DNA from: an uncultured Gemmatimonadota bacterium
Lineage (GTDB): Bacteria; JAAXHH01
Length of the DNA: 64,000 nucleotides
Direction of reading: 5' to 3'
Assembly (NCBI GenBank): GCA_964655785.1
Contig: CAZZNP010000002.1
Coordinates: 6,727-70,726, forward strand
Shown here: piece by piece, positions 38,812 to 48,379 of the stretch
Layout: every line of letters starts with the position of its first letter
Numbering within the stretch: position 1 is the first letter of the stretch
Notes under the pieces: generated by a model
Told to the model about the DNA's origin: nothing
What the model saw: the letters and a program-made list of their open reading frames with translations, nothing else
Database searches by the model: none
Translations under genes and position numbers: made by a program

Positions 38812-40425
38812 TCAGGTCCCTCCGGATGCCGGAACGGCGGCGCTTTCCCTGACGCCGGCGCTCCACTCCCCGATGATCGCCTCGGTCAGCTCGGGATCGA
38901 TCAGGCCCGACAGCACCTTGTCCCTCGCGTGCTGCTGCTTGGTCTGGACCTTGAACTGCTCCTGCATGTAGTGCTGAAGCTCCCACAGGCGGTTCCCCGC
39001 GATCAGCTGGTGGGCCTCCTTGCGGTCGAGCCCGAGGGGCAGCACTTCCGCGACGAGGGTCTGGCCGACGACGCCGCCCACGCAGCGGGGATTTCCGGGG
39101 CCGCAGCCGTCCGGGTTGACGTAGCGGGCGGCATCGCCGAACAGGGTCCGGTAGCGGTCCGCGAGGTTTGGATCGGCGGGTTCCTCCCGGCAGCAATCCG
39201 GGCACACCAGCGGCACCAGGTTCTGGTTGACGATGCCCGCGCAGAATTCACGCAGGGTCAGCAGGTGCGGATCGATGCCGAGGTTGGTCAGGCGCGGTAT
39301 CGCGGCCACGCAGCTCTGGGTGTGCAACGTGGAAAACACCCGCTTGCCCTGGATCGCCATGTTCTGCGCCGCCCGGGCCGTACGCTCGTCGCGGATTTCC
39401 CCGAGGACCAGGGCATCCGGATTCTGCCGGACCGTGGAAGCGAGGACCCTGGCGAAGAAAGCCTCGGGATCTTCCCGCCGATGGTCGATTTCGCAGTGGG
39501 TGACGTTGGGGAATTCGACCTCGACCGGGTCGGCGATTTCGATCATCCGCTGTCCGCGGGGGGTGTCCTTCATGAGCGACGCCAGGGTGGTCGACTTGCC
39601 CGAGTTGGTTTCCCCGGTGATCAGAATCAGTCCCCCCGGGCTGCGGCACATTCTGGTGATGTACCCCTGCTGGCGCGGGTTGTATCCCGCCTCGGCCAGG
39701 GGCAGAACGAACTGCGGGTCGCGGATCCGGCAGCTGAGCGCGGCGCCCCGGACCTCCGGCAGGGAATTCGCCCTGACGCGGTAGAGCTTCCCCGCGTGCC
39801 AGTGGGAGAAGGAGGTGTCCGAGGGGGTGATGTCCTCCCAGGAGTCGTTCTCGCTGCGTGAGAACAGGCCCGTGGCGATCTCCTTTCCCGCCTGGGCGGT
39901 CATCCGGTCGATCTCCCGCACCAGGCCGTAGGTGCGGATCGACAGGATGGCCACGTCGTCGAGGTTCCGGATGTCCAGGTAGAAGTCGCTCGCCCTGGCG
40001 TCGATCGCCAGGCCGAGCACGTGGTCCACTGCGAGGTTGGCCTGCCTGGCCGCCCGCACCGTCTCCGAGCCGCTCTTTTTCCGGGGCTGGGCCTGGGACT
40101 GCACCTTCTGGCGGAAATCGTGGGGAGCGAGGTACACGACATTGGCCTCGCCGGCGGACGTGGCCAGCATCTCCCTGAGCGGCTGCAGGAACATGGCGTC
40201 CGTTCCCTCGATTGCGTGCAGCGCGCCCCGGTCGTCGACCAGGACCCGGTCCTGCAGGCTCATGTCGACGACGAACTTGCGCGCCTCCCGGATTTTTCTT
40301 GCGTCGGCTGCAGGCGCATGGACCGTGCCTGGAGGACCGCCCGCAGACGAAGACCCTTCCGGATTTCGCCCGGGCCATCCGTCGGGATTTCGCTGCTTTC
40401 TTTTCAGGATTCTTTTCAGGAACAT
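38812..40425 (-). CDS. pilQ: Type IVb pilus assembly ATPase (PilQ-like, GspE/VirB11 family)
   Basis: Walker A LILITGETNSGKSTTLASL, Asp box RMIEIADPVE and His box RVFSTLHT. 537 aa. Confidence 0.8.
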   Translation of the reverse strand: MFLKRILKRKQRNPDGWPGRNPEGSSSAGGPPGTVHAPAADARKIREARKFVVDMSLQDRVLVDDRGALHAIEGTDAMFLQPLREMLATSAGEANVVYLAPHDFRQKVQSQAQPRKKSGSETVRAARQANLAVDHVLGLAIDARASDFYLDIRNLDDVAILSIRTYGLVREIDRMTAQAGKEIATGLFSRSENDSWEDITPSDTSFSHWHAGKLYRVRANSLPEVRGAALSCRIRDPQFVLPLAEAGYNPRQQGYITRMCRSPGGLILITGETNSGKSTTLASLMKDTPRGQRMIEIADPVEVEFPNVTHCEIDHRREDPEAFFARVLASTVRQNPDALVLGEIRDERTARAAQNMAIQGKRVFSTLHTQSCVAAIPRLTNLGIDPHLLTLREFCAGIVNQNLVPLVCPDCCREEPADPNLADRYRTLFGDAARYVNPDGCGPGNPRCVGGVVGQTLVAEVLPLGLDRKEAHQLIAGNRLWELQHYMQEQFKVQTKQQHARDKVLSGLIDPELTEAIIGEWSAGVRESAAVPASGGT

Positions 40426-40429
40426 GGAA

Positions 40430-41221
40430 CTACCAGGTGATGGGATGGGTCGTGCCGTCGACGTCCAGGGTGATCAGGATGCGGCCGTCGGCCAGGGACC
40501 TGAGCGACGCGAGGCGGACCTCCCGGCCGTGGAAGCGCACCGCCCTGCCCTGCTCCAGATGCGCGCTCATCCCGTCCGCCTCGATCCAGACCGCGGGTTT
40601 GCCGGCTGTTCCCGCAGTTCCTTGTCCGGGCGCGGGGAACTGCACAAACCGTATACCGCTCCGGTCCGGCTCCCAGTCGGGAGCGGAGGTTTCCATGATC
40701 CCATTCTCCACGGGATCCGGAAAACCGTCCGGCACGGGGATTTCCGGCGCCGTCTGCAGGAACAGGGCCATTTCCGCGCGCAGGGACTCCACCTCGGCCC
40801 GCAGTTGCAGGATTTCGCCGTCCCGGCCATAACCACCGGCGGAATCCGCCGGCGGCGGCATCGAGGCCATCGCGGAGCGCCAGCGGTCGTCCGTTGAAAG
40901 GGTGCCGTCCAGGAGCGACAGGATCGGCTGGCGCAGGGGCCGGACCTGTTCCAGGAGCTGGCCGATCTCCGCCAGGGTGGCCAGCAGGTCCCGCTGGCGG
41001 CGGGCCAGGACCAGATCCCGGTCGAGTGCCGCCGCATCGTCGCCGGCCGTGAATCCGGCGGGAACGCCCGCATCTGCGGCCTGGTGGCTGTCCGCATGGA
41101 TTGCACCTGCAGATCCCATGGCGAGGATTCCCCCGAGGAAAAATGCGCAACAGGTTTTCCCGGTTTTTGCGGCTGTGCCGATCCGATTTCCGGCGCCCAT
41201 GATGGTGTTCAGGATATTCAT
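40430..41221 (-). CDS. PilP-like pilus assembly protein (hypothetical)
   Basis: Position between the pilQ-like and pilO-like genes. N-terminal signal-like segment. No firm motif. Confidence 0.4.
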   Translation of the reverse strand: MNILNTIMGAGNRIGTAAKTGKTCCAFFLGGILAMGSAGAIHADSHQAADAGVPAGFTAGDDAAALDRDLVLARRQRDLLATLAEIGQLLEQVRPLRQPILSLLDGTLSTDDRWRSAMASMPPPADSAGGYGRDGEILQLRAEVESLRAEMALFLQTAPEIPVPDGFPDPVENGIMETSAPDWEPDRSGIRFVQFPAPGQGTAGTAGKPAVWIEADGMSAHLEQGRAVRFHGREVRLASLRSLADGRILITLDVDGTTHPITW

Positions 41222-41258
41222 GTCAGTTTTGTGCGTTTTGCGAGTTTTTTACCGATGC

Positions 41259-42614
41259 CTAAAAGGAAAGAATCTCGAGGTGAATCGCGCAGGACTGCGG
41301 GCGCCATTCGCCCAGGGCGCAGTCCGCGCTGACCAGCGTGCCGGGCAGGCCCCGTACGCCTTCGGCAAGGATGCGCAGTTCGCCAACCGCGGCGTCCCCG
41401 AGGTCCGCCCGCCATCCGGTCCTGGTCAGTTCCCGGGTGAAAGTGTTCGCTTCCTGATCAATCCGCCGGGGCAGTTCCGTGGGACCGGACGCGAAGGCGA
41501 TGTCATGGGGCAGTCCGGCCATGTGCCGGATCACCGCGACGGAGTCCGTCTCCGGAACCCTCGGCGCCCCGGCCGGCATGTTGGCCGGCAGGGAAACGGA
41601 CCAGCCCCCGGGAGTGAACCGGAACGCCCCGCCGTTGCCGGCGGCCAGGGCCTCGGCTGCCGATGGATACCGCCTGGGCTGGCTTCTTCCTTCCAGGTGG
41701 AGTTCCCCGCCGGCGTATCCGAACCGGGCGATGCCGTCCCCGTAGAGCCCTTCCGCCCGGGACAGCCAGACGGACAGCCGGACGAGTTCGCCTGCCGCGC
41801 CGTGGGGCACTTCCGGGACGATTTCGCGCATCTCCGGCATCTCGACTTCCACCACGGGTCTGTCGGCCAGGCCGAGGAATGCCAGCACGCCTCTGACGAG
41901 CGACTCCACCGGGGCGTCGGCCAGGTCGATCTCCCCGGCCATTTCCATCGCCGGCCGAAGCATGAGCAGACCCACGACGGAGATTGCCGCCAGGCCCATC
42001 AGGAGGAAATGACTGGCATGGAAAAGGCCGCTGCGGGCGAAGGCCAGCGGGAGCGGCTGCAGGCGGATGCCGACCAGGGAGAACGGCGCCCGCTCCATCG
42101 GCACGGCGGCGTCCACCTCCCCGGCGGTGCCCGCGGGCCGGTCCCCGACCTGCCAGGCAAACACGGGCAGCCCGGGGGAGGCCTCCCCGGTCACCCGGGC
42201 GAGGGCCTGGTCCGCCGGCAGCACCCGTTCGTCGACGATCATGCGCGCGGACACCGTGCACACGTACACCCGCTCGTCGAGCGGCACCAGCACGTAAAAG
42301 TCCGCCGGCCGCGAATCGTCCCCGGGAAACGGCGCACCGTCCCCGGGCTGTTCATCCCCGGGAACGCCTCCGTGCAGCCACCGCATGATGCCGGCGGCGA
42401 TGCAGGCGCCGGACTGCCCCGCGGCCCACCAGTGTTCGGCATGGCCTGCCCGGAGGAACAGCGCCGCACGGGCCCGGTGCTGACGCATGTGGCGGCCAGC
42501 CTGGCGCGATCGGGCGAGGCGGCGCGAGCCCCCGCCGGGCAGGCTGATCAGATTCGCTTCGTAGACCAGCTGGATGCGCCTTCCCCCGATCGAGTCCTTC
42601 ACCGCGTATGACAT
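41259..42614 (-). CDS. PilO-like pilus assembly protein (hypothetical)
   Basis: Position and size (451 aa) match R64/PAPI-1 PilO. Internal TM segment HFLLMGLAAISVVGLLML. Confidence 0.4.
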   Translation of the reverse strand: MSYAVKDSIGGRRIQLVYEANLISLPGGGSRRLARSRQAGRHMRQHRARAALFLRAGHAEHWWAAGQSGACIAAGIMRWLHGGVPGDEQPGDGAPFPGDDSRPADFYVLVPLDERVYVCTVSARMIVDERVLPADQALARVTGEASPGLPVFAWQVGDRPAGTAGEVDAAVPMERAPFSLVGIRLQPLPLAFARSGLFHASHFLLMGLAAISVVGLLMLRPAMEMAGEIDLADAPVESLVRGVLAFLGLADRPVVEVEMPEMREIVPEVPHGAAGELVRLSVWLSRAEGLYGDGIARFGYAGGELHLEGRSQPRRYPSAAEALAAGNGGAFRFTPGGWSVSLPANMPAGAPRVPETDSVAVIRHMAGLPHDIAFASGPTELPRRIDQEANTFTRELTRTGWRADLGDAAVGELRILAEGVRGLPGTLVSADCALGEWRPQSCAIHLEILSF

Positions 42615-42658
42615 TTTTTCGGTTTCTCCTGTTACTTTCCGGTATTCGGGAAGACCCG

Positions 42659-43837
42659 TCAGTCTCTGGACGCACCGAATGCGCCGACGATGGAACCGTG
42701 CTCGAACACGCCGCCGGCCCCCTGGTGCCGGTCGCCGTAAAACCAGCCATCGAGCCGGCTGTCCGTGGAATCGGACGAGAACGAGCCATGAAGGACCGGG
42801 AGATCACGCCATTCCATGTCATCGACCGTAGCGTCCGAGCCCAGCGTCCGGATACGCGGCCGGATTCCGGTGAAGGAGACATCAACCGAGGGTTCGTCGA
42901 AATCTTCCAGGGTGATCAGGGCCCGCCCGGATACGGCTCCGCCGCCCCGGGAATCCATGCCGACCATCGCCCCGGACCAGCTGGCGGCCCCGTCGAGTTC
43001 CTTTGGATCCGTGCCCGGGAAATGCGGCACCCACGAGATCCCCATCACATCCCCGTCCCCGCCGGGATCCACCACCGCGAATGCGCTCCCGCCGTCCCAC
43101 GCGCCCCAGGCCGTGGCGTCCATGGCGTCTTCCGCGTCTTCAGCACTTTCGGCCACCTCAGGATCGTACTGCCGAACATCCTCCCGGGCGTCTTCCGGCG
43201 GCAGCAGACCCTGCAGGTCGTTCTCAGTGACATGGGTGACCAGAAAATCCGGAGTTGCGCTTCCCAGGCGCTCCCCGTCACGCCAGTCCCAGGGCGCAAG
43301 ATGCCGGCCGGCATGGACCCCCCGCCCCCTGTCCCTTGCCGCCTTCTCCTCCTCGCCGTAATCCGGACGGGAACGGGGGTCGTTGACGGCATGGCCATCA
43401 CGGACCAGGGCCGCACCGAATTCCACGCCGCCGGCGGAGCATGACCCCACGATCCGGTCGTAGCTTCTCTGTCCGGAGTCCGTGCAGCTGACGGTACCAG
43501 CCGAGACCAGCTCCTCGAGGGCCTCCGTCGCGGCCTGCCCGCAGGCCCATTCCATGCCGTCGGCATCCAGGCACGACTGGTCGCTTTCGGGTGCGTCTAA
43601 ACCCCGCAGCCTCCAGCGGTCTCCGCCGAGTTCGATGGTGTCGCCATCGATCACGCGGATTTCCGGGGATTCTTCCATGGATTCGTCTGCCTGGCACTCG
43701 CCCCAGCAGGCGCCTTCGAACGAGCCCCCGCAGGAAACGAGCAGCGCACCCAGCGCCGTCACGCAGGCAATACGGCCAGCTGCCGCCGGTTTCATGTTCA
43801 TAGGGTTGCCTCGCTTGTCTTCTGTGTCATATTTCAA
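42659..43837 (-). CDS. Secreted lipoprotein with an N-terminal thermonuclease (SNase-like) domain fused to a TbpB-like C-terminal beta-barrel handle domain
   Basis: Signal peptide and lipobox MKPAAAGRIACVTALGALLVSCGG. SNase motifs IRVIDGDTIEL, RLRGLDAPESDQ and ...YGEEEKAARDRGRGVHAG. C-terminal RLDGWFYGDRHQGAGGVFEHGSIVGAFGASRD parallels the lipoprotein at 29076-29906. Confidence 0.65.
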   Translation of the reverse strand: MKYDTEDKRGNPMNMKPAAAGRIACVTALGALLVSCGGSFEGACWGECQADESMEESPEIRVIDGDTIELGGDRWRLRGLDAPESDQSCLDADGMEWACGQAATEALEELVSAGTVSCTDSGQRSYDRIVGSCSAGGVEFGAALVRDGHAVNDPRSRPDYGEEEKAARDRGRGVHAGRHLAPWDWRDGERLGSATPDFLVTHVTENDLQGLLPPEDAREDVRQYDPEVAESAEDAEDAMDATAWGAWDGGSAFAVVDPGGDGDVMGISWVPHFPGTDPKELDGAASWSGAMVGMDSRGGGAVSGRALITLEDFDEPSVDVSFTGIRPRIRTLGSDATVDDMEWRDLPVLHGSFSSDSTDSRLDGWFYGDRHQGAGGVFEHGSIVGAFGASRD

Positions 43838-43865
43838 ACTGCCATCCGCCGTATCCGGACAGTAA

Positions 43866-45509
43866 TCATCCGCTGCTCCCCACCACGGTGGCTGTGACCA
43901 TCATCACCACCTCCCGCTCCCGGGAACTGCGGTTTCTGGAGGTTCCGAGACCGAAACGGCCGAAGAAGGGAATGCTGGATTTCTCTTCCCGGGTCTCGGA
44001 TTCCGACAGCGAAGCCAGCAGCCTGGTCTCGCCGTCCTTCAGCGAGATCGACAGCAGGCGGTTGAAGTCGTCCGTGATGTGCGTTTCCCCGCGAACGTCC
44101 CCGAAGTTGTAGCTGGTCGTGCCCACCAAGGATGACCGGGAGAAACCGAGGGTGAGTGTGATCCGCCCGTCGACCCTCGCAGTGGGCTGCAGGTGCACCA
44201 CGAGCCCGGTTCTGAGGTCGTCGAACTCGACTTCCGTGGAACGCTGTCCGTCCACCACCTCCTGGCTGATCTTCGAGATGTACTTGCGGGTCCGGGTCAG
44301 GTCCACGCTCGCGATCCGGTTGTTCACGATCTCCACGGTGTCGTCATAGGCGATCGTGGCGTCACCCAGCGTGTCCAGCCACTGGGCCACGGCGCTGCTG
44401 CCGGTCCAGCGCTTTCCGTCTTCCGCGAGCGCGCCGCCGATGGCCGCGCCGCCCTCGCTCCGGATCGTGTCTCCGAAGATACTGGTGGAAGAGCCGTCCC
44501 CTGGCACGGGCAGAACCGCCGCCGTCGACGAGCCGAGCAGGAGTTTCAGGGGCAGTTCCGAGCTTCTCCGGATGAGGTTCAGCGCCAGGTCCCTCTTCTT
44601 CCCGTCACGGAAGTCGACTTCGAACAGGCTCAAGGTGATGCGCACCACCTGGCTCGAGTCCCCATTGAAACGGTCCAGCAGCGCCGCCACCCTGTGCATG
44701 GCGTTCGGCTTGGCCGTCACGACCAGCAGGTTCGCGCTGGGCGCCACCGTCACGGACGTCCTCGGGTCCGCAGCGCCCGAATGGATTTGCCCGGCTTCAG
44801 CGGAAATGCCCCCCGGTTCCGGATCGAACGGCGCGGCAGCGGCACCCGCGCCCCCGGCGCCGAGACCGAGCGCGTTCCGGACCTGGGCGACGATTTCGTC
44901 CGTGTAGGGGTCCAGCCCCAGGCTCATGCCGTTGTCCGCCACGCTGCCGCCACTCTCGTTCAGATTGCGCAACCCGAGGCCCGCGCTGTATTCGCCCGGC
45001 TGGCTGGACAGGGTGAACCAGCGGGTCTCGATGTCGCTGACGAGCACCACGCCATCGTCAATGCTCCAACTCCAGTTCGCCTGGCGCGCGACGGTGTCCA
45101 GATGCTCGCGGATGGTGCGGGCGGAGGGGTCGGGGCGCACCATGGGAATCTCCCACAAGCCGCCGATTTCGAGCTCCAGGCGAACCGGCCGATTCTGCGC
45201 CAGGGCCCGAATGGCGTGGTCGGCACGGAACTCCCGGTAGCGACCCCGGAAGGGAAGGTCCAGCCAGGCCTCCGCCGCGGGCACCCGGATCTCCTCCAAC
45301 TCGTCGAGGCGGTCCCGGGGCCTGCCGCCGGCCAAAGCCTCCTCCCGGATCCGCTCGATCTCCTCCTGTGCGGCTTCCAGGGCGCCGGGGGCGGGCTCAG
45401 CGGCCTCGTCAGTTTTCATCCCGCCGGCGCAGCCGGTGACCAGCAGGATGGCCAGAGAAATGGCCGTATTCGGCATCGTGGAATTCATAATCATCGGTTT
45501 CATGGGCAT
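43866..45509 (-). CDS. pilN: Type IVb pilus secretin lipoprotein (PilN-like)
   Basis: Lipobox LLVTGCAGG. C-terminal secretin-domain motif SSIPFFGRFGLGTSRN. Confidence 0.75.
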   Translation of the reverse strand: MPMKPMIMNSTMPNTAISLAILLVTGCAGGMKTDEAAEPAPGALEAAQEEIERIREEALAGGRPRDRLDELEEIRVPAAEAWLDLPFRGRYREFRADHAIRALAQNRPVRLELEIGGLWEIPMVRPDPSARTIREHLDTVARQANWSWSIDDGVVLVSDIETRWFTLSSQPGEYSAGLGLRNLNESGGSVADNGMSLGLDPYTDEIVAQVRNALGLGAGGAGAAAAPFDPEPGGISAEAGQIHSGAADPRTSVTVAPSANLLVVTAKPNAMHRVAALLDRFNGDSSQVVRITLSLFEVDFRDGKKRDLALNLIRRSSELPLKLLLGSSTAAVLPVPGDGSSTSIFGDTIRSEGGAAIGGALAEDGKRWTGSSAVAQWLDTLGDATIAYDDTVEIVNNRIASVDLTRTRKYISKISQEVVDGQRSTEVEFDDLRTGLVVHLQPTARVDGRITLTLGFSRSSLVGTTSYNFGDVRGETHITDDFNRLLSISLKDGETRLLASLSESETREEKSSIPFFGRFGLGTSRNRSSREREVVMMVTATVVGSSG

Positions 45510-45875
45510 TCAGTCATCTCTCGGGGTTCTGTTCCGGGATATGCTCCGGAGCAGTTCGTGAAGGCGGGCACGGGACCTGTCGTACGACATGGCTAGGTCC
45601 TGGAACGCCCGAAAAGTCACACGGAAGGCCATGAAGAGAATTGCCAGCAGGACAAAGAGCAAAATGAGCGTTGCCGGGAATCCGAGGTTCCCGGGTCCTC
45701 CCAGGAAATCGGTCGCCTCCATATGCAGGAAAATGCAAAGCCACACGTTCGCCATACCGCACAGGTAACGAAGGACCCCGTTGCGGCGAATGACCCGGTT
45801 TGCATGCCAGGCCACGTTCACGACCGCCTGCAGCAGGCGGAGAAATGTGGGACGGGATTTCACAGGGGCATTCAT
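45510..45875 (-). CDS. Small membrane protein (start at MNAPVKS)
   Basis: ATGA overlap with the upstream gene. Two TM helices. Confidence 0.35.
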   Translation of the reverse strand: MNAPVKSRPTFLRLLQAVVNVAWHANRVIRRNGVLRYLCGMANVWLCIFLHMEATDFLGGPGNLGFPATLILLFVLLAILFMAFRVTFRAFQDLAMSYDRSRARLHELLRSISRNRTPRDD

Positions 45876-46102
45876 GAGACCAGAGCCCTCCCCGGGCCGG
45901 TGGCCATGTATGCGGCCACGAGATAGGCGGTGATCAGGAGAATCACGATGCCGGAGATCACGAAGGTGATCCGCCGGCACTTCCGGTCGCCGGTGGAGCG
46001 GTAGAAGCCGATTCCGCCAGCGATGAGACCGATTCCGCCCAGTCCGCCCAGGATGAACATGATGGACAGGTCGAGCAGTACGCGGACGAGGGCATCGCTC
46101 AT
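45872..46102 (-). CDS. Small membrane protein (start at MSDALVRV)
   Basis: Gly-zipper-like TM segment FILGGLGGIGLIAGGIGF. ATGA overlaps on both sides. Confidence 0.35.
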   Translation of the reverse strand: MSDALVRVLLDLSIMFILGGLGGIGLIAGGIGFYRSTGDRKCRRITFVISGIVILLITAYLVAAYMATGPGRALVS

Positions 46103-46410
46103 TCGGACTCCCCACGGGAGTTCTTCCCGAGCCGCGATTTCTCGGCCGACCACAGCAGAACGATCCCCGGGAGGGACGGTTTCCCGAACCACCATTTGCC
46201 CGTGAGAAGCCTCCAACTGACCATGTCCCAGAACAGGGCGGATACGAGGAGGGTCAGCACGGGGGTCACCCAATGCCCCGTGAACGCGAGCGCCGCCACC
46301 AGGACCAGGGCAATGATCCGGGACGCCCACACGACCACGGGAAATGGCGAAAAGGCGTAATGGAAGTACATCAGTATCGGAAACAGTCCGTGCAGGATCC
46401 AGGCGGTCAT
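46099..46410 (-). CDS. Small membrane protein (start at MTAWILHG)
   Basis: Three hydrophobic helices. The rest of the long ORF upstream of 46410 looks non-coding. Confidence 0.35.
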   Translation of the reverse strand: MTAWILHGLFPILMYFHYAFSPFPVVVWASRIIALVLVAALAFTGHWVTPVLTLLVSALFWDMVSWRLLTGKWWFGKPSLPGIVLLWSAEKSRLGKNSRGESE

Positions 46411-46618
46411 GGCGCAGCTCCGAAGGATCGGTTGGTTATGGGGGAAATCCCTCTCATGGCAGCAGACCCTGTGTGTCCTGTGGGCGAGAGGCGCGGGAGT
46501 GTGGTCAGGCGGTGGGCAACGCGCCGTCGTTGTCCACGGGCTGTCCACGCGGCCCGAAGGGACCGCGCCGGCCCGCAGGGCTCGTCCACAAATACACAGG
46601 GTTTTTTCATCTTCCGTG

Positions 46619-47542
46619 TCATGGCGTCTCCAGGTCTCCGGCCGCCCGACCGGACGGGTAAGGATCCGTCCGCAGGCGATAGAAATCGATCGCGTCCGGG
46701 CGGTCCGGGTCCGGAACCCCGGCAAGCCCGAAACGCTCCTCGAGGAGCCTGAGCAGGCCCGGGAGGCCTTCGCCATTGTCCCTGGCGAGCAACTCCGGCG
46801 CCGGCACCTTCCAGTCCACCAGCCATTCGGGCGAGGACGATGTGTTCCACCGGCCCATACGCGCGCCGCACTCGCGGACCAGGCGCCCGAGGTTGTCGCG
46901 CAGGGAACCTGTGCGAAGGAGCAGTACCCGGCACGCTGTGTTCCCGGGAGAAAGCCCCGGAACGGCTGCCGCGAGATCCGGAAGGCCTGTGCCGCCCTTC
47001 CGGCCTTCCCCGTCCGGAGACGGAGCGGCGGCGGCGGGCAGAAGAACCGGAGTCCCCGGCCGTACCGCCGCGCCGGCGGCGCCGATCGTTGCCGCCCCGG
47101 TCTCAGGGGCGGTTCCGGCGACCCGGGCAGTGGTCGGAGATTGTCCGGACGCCGCGGATACCCCGCCGGCTGCATCCGATGCGGCCCGGACGGGATCTGT
47201 AGGTTCCGCCTGCGCCGGCATGGCCAGTGGATACGCCGCCCGGACGGTCCGCCCGCCCTGCCTGGCCACCAGGAGCAGGCTGCCGGACTTGGCGGGCCGT
47301 CCCCCGTCGTCGAGGATCACCACGGCGATGTCGCCGTGGCGCGCGATCCCGACCTCGAGACCGCGTCCCGGGGTCTCGAATTCGAATTCCCCCTCTGCGA
47401 GTTCCGTGATCCGCACCTCGCCGGCCGCATGGCCCGGGGCGCGCTGCTCGTACCAGCTGATGGTCACGGCCGAAGCATCGAGCGCCGTCAGCATCAGCGC
47501 TGCAGCGGACGCAGACAGGAGCCGGTTCCCCGGGATGCTCAT
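46619..47542 (-). CDS. PilL-like pilus-cluster protein with an N-terminal signal peptide
   Basis: Start at MSIPGNRLLSASAAALMLTALDASA (signal peptide). An Ala/Pro-rich linker, then a conserved-looking C-terminal WKVPAPELLARDNGEGLPGLLRLLEERFGLAG. Confidence 0.45.
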   Translation of the reverse strand: MSIPGNRLLSASAAALMLTALDASAVTISWYEQRAPGHAAGEVRITELAEGEFEFETPGRGLEVGIARHGDIAVVILDDGGRPAKSGSLLLVARQGGRTVRAAYPLAMPAQAEPTDPVRAASDAAGGVSAASGQSPTTARVAGTAPETGAATIGAAGAAVRPGTPVLLPAAAAPSPDGEGRKGGTGLPDLAAAVPGLSPGNTACRVLLLRTGSLRDNLGRLVRECGARMGRWNTSSSPEWLVDWKVPAPELLARDNGEGLPGLLRLLEERFGLAGVPDPDRPDAIDFYRLRTDPYPSGRAAGDLETP

Positions 47543-48363
47543 GCGCCACCTCCCCCGCTTCGCCTGGCGCGTGCAAAGTCCACGTGCTCGCACACAATGT
47601 CGAAGATGCCCTCCATGGCCGTCAGCAACACGCGCGGATCCTCCGTACCGGCGAATGCCTCCAGGATCTCGTGACACATGTCATACCGTTGATTCAGGCC
47701 ACGCGGATCCTCCGGGTTGTGGTTTTCCCATCGCACGGCCGCGTATTCGGCCGCGATCGCCAGGAGGGCCTCGGCCCCGGGCGTGAGGACCTCGGCCTCG
47801 AACAGCCGCGGCGAATCAGGCGGAACCGGCTTCAGCAGTCGGCCCTCGCGGTATCGGTACCGGGGCCTGACAACGTATGCAGTGTCCGACAACCACCATC
47901 GCCTCCGCGCCGCAAGCCCTTCCTCATTCCCCAGATCCGGCTGATGGATAACGACGGATCGCCGCATCATCCATTCCCGCCACCCGTCGCTGACCTCCGG
48001 CTCTTCACAGACCAGCAGGACTTCTTTCGTTCCCACCCCATTCAAATCATTCAATACCGAATCCAGGACCTCCGCATCTTCATTCACGTACCTGCCCTCA
48101 TCCTCGTTCCAACGCCGCAATATCCGACCCCGCAAATCATCGAACGCGAGGTTGTCGATCACCGCCAGCGCCGGCGCGGCGGCCGCGACGGCCGACCAGT
48201 CGTCAGCCGCATGAACCACGCCGTCAGGCAGGGTTTCCGGATGATCCCTGGTCGAGATCGCGACGGCCTCACCCTCATGCAGGACTTCGCGGACCCGCTT
48301 GAGTACGGTCGGAGACCGGAAGCAGTTGTTCAGGGTGCTTGACAGGAAAATCTTCATGGGCAT
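47539..48363 (-). CDS. Hypothetical protein, paralog A of a tandem pair
   Basis: MPMKIFLSS...VLKRVREVLHEGEAVAIS...ALAVIDNLAFDDLRG aligns by eye with the 48380-49264 product. Confidence 0.5.
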   Translation of the reverse strand: MPMKIFLSSTLNNCFRSPTVLKRVREVLHEGEAVAISTRDHPETLPDGVVHAADDWSAVAAAAPALAVIDNLAFDDLRGRILRRWNEDEGRYVNEDAEVLDSVLNDLNGVGTKEVLLVCEEPEVSDGWREWMMRRSVVIHQPDLGNEEGLAARRRWWLSDTAYVVRPRYRYREGRLLKPVPPDSPRLFEAEVLTPGAEALLAIAAEYAAVRWENHNPEDPRGLNQRYDMCHEILEAFAGTEDPRVLLTAMEGIFDIVCEHVDFARARRSGGGGA

Positions 48364-48379
48364 CTACGGTGTACGGGAT

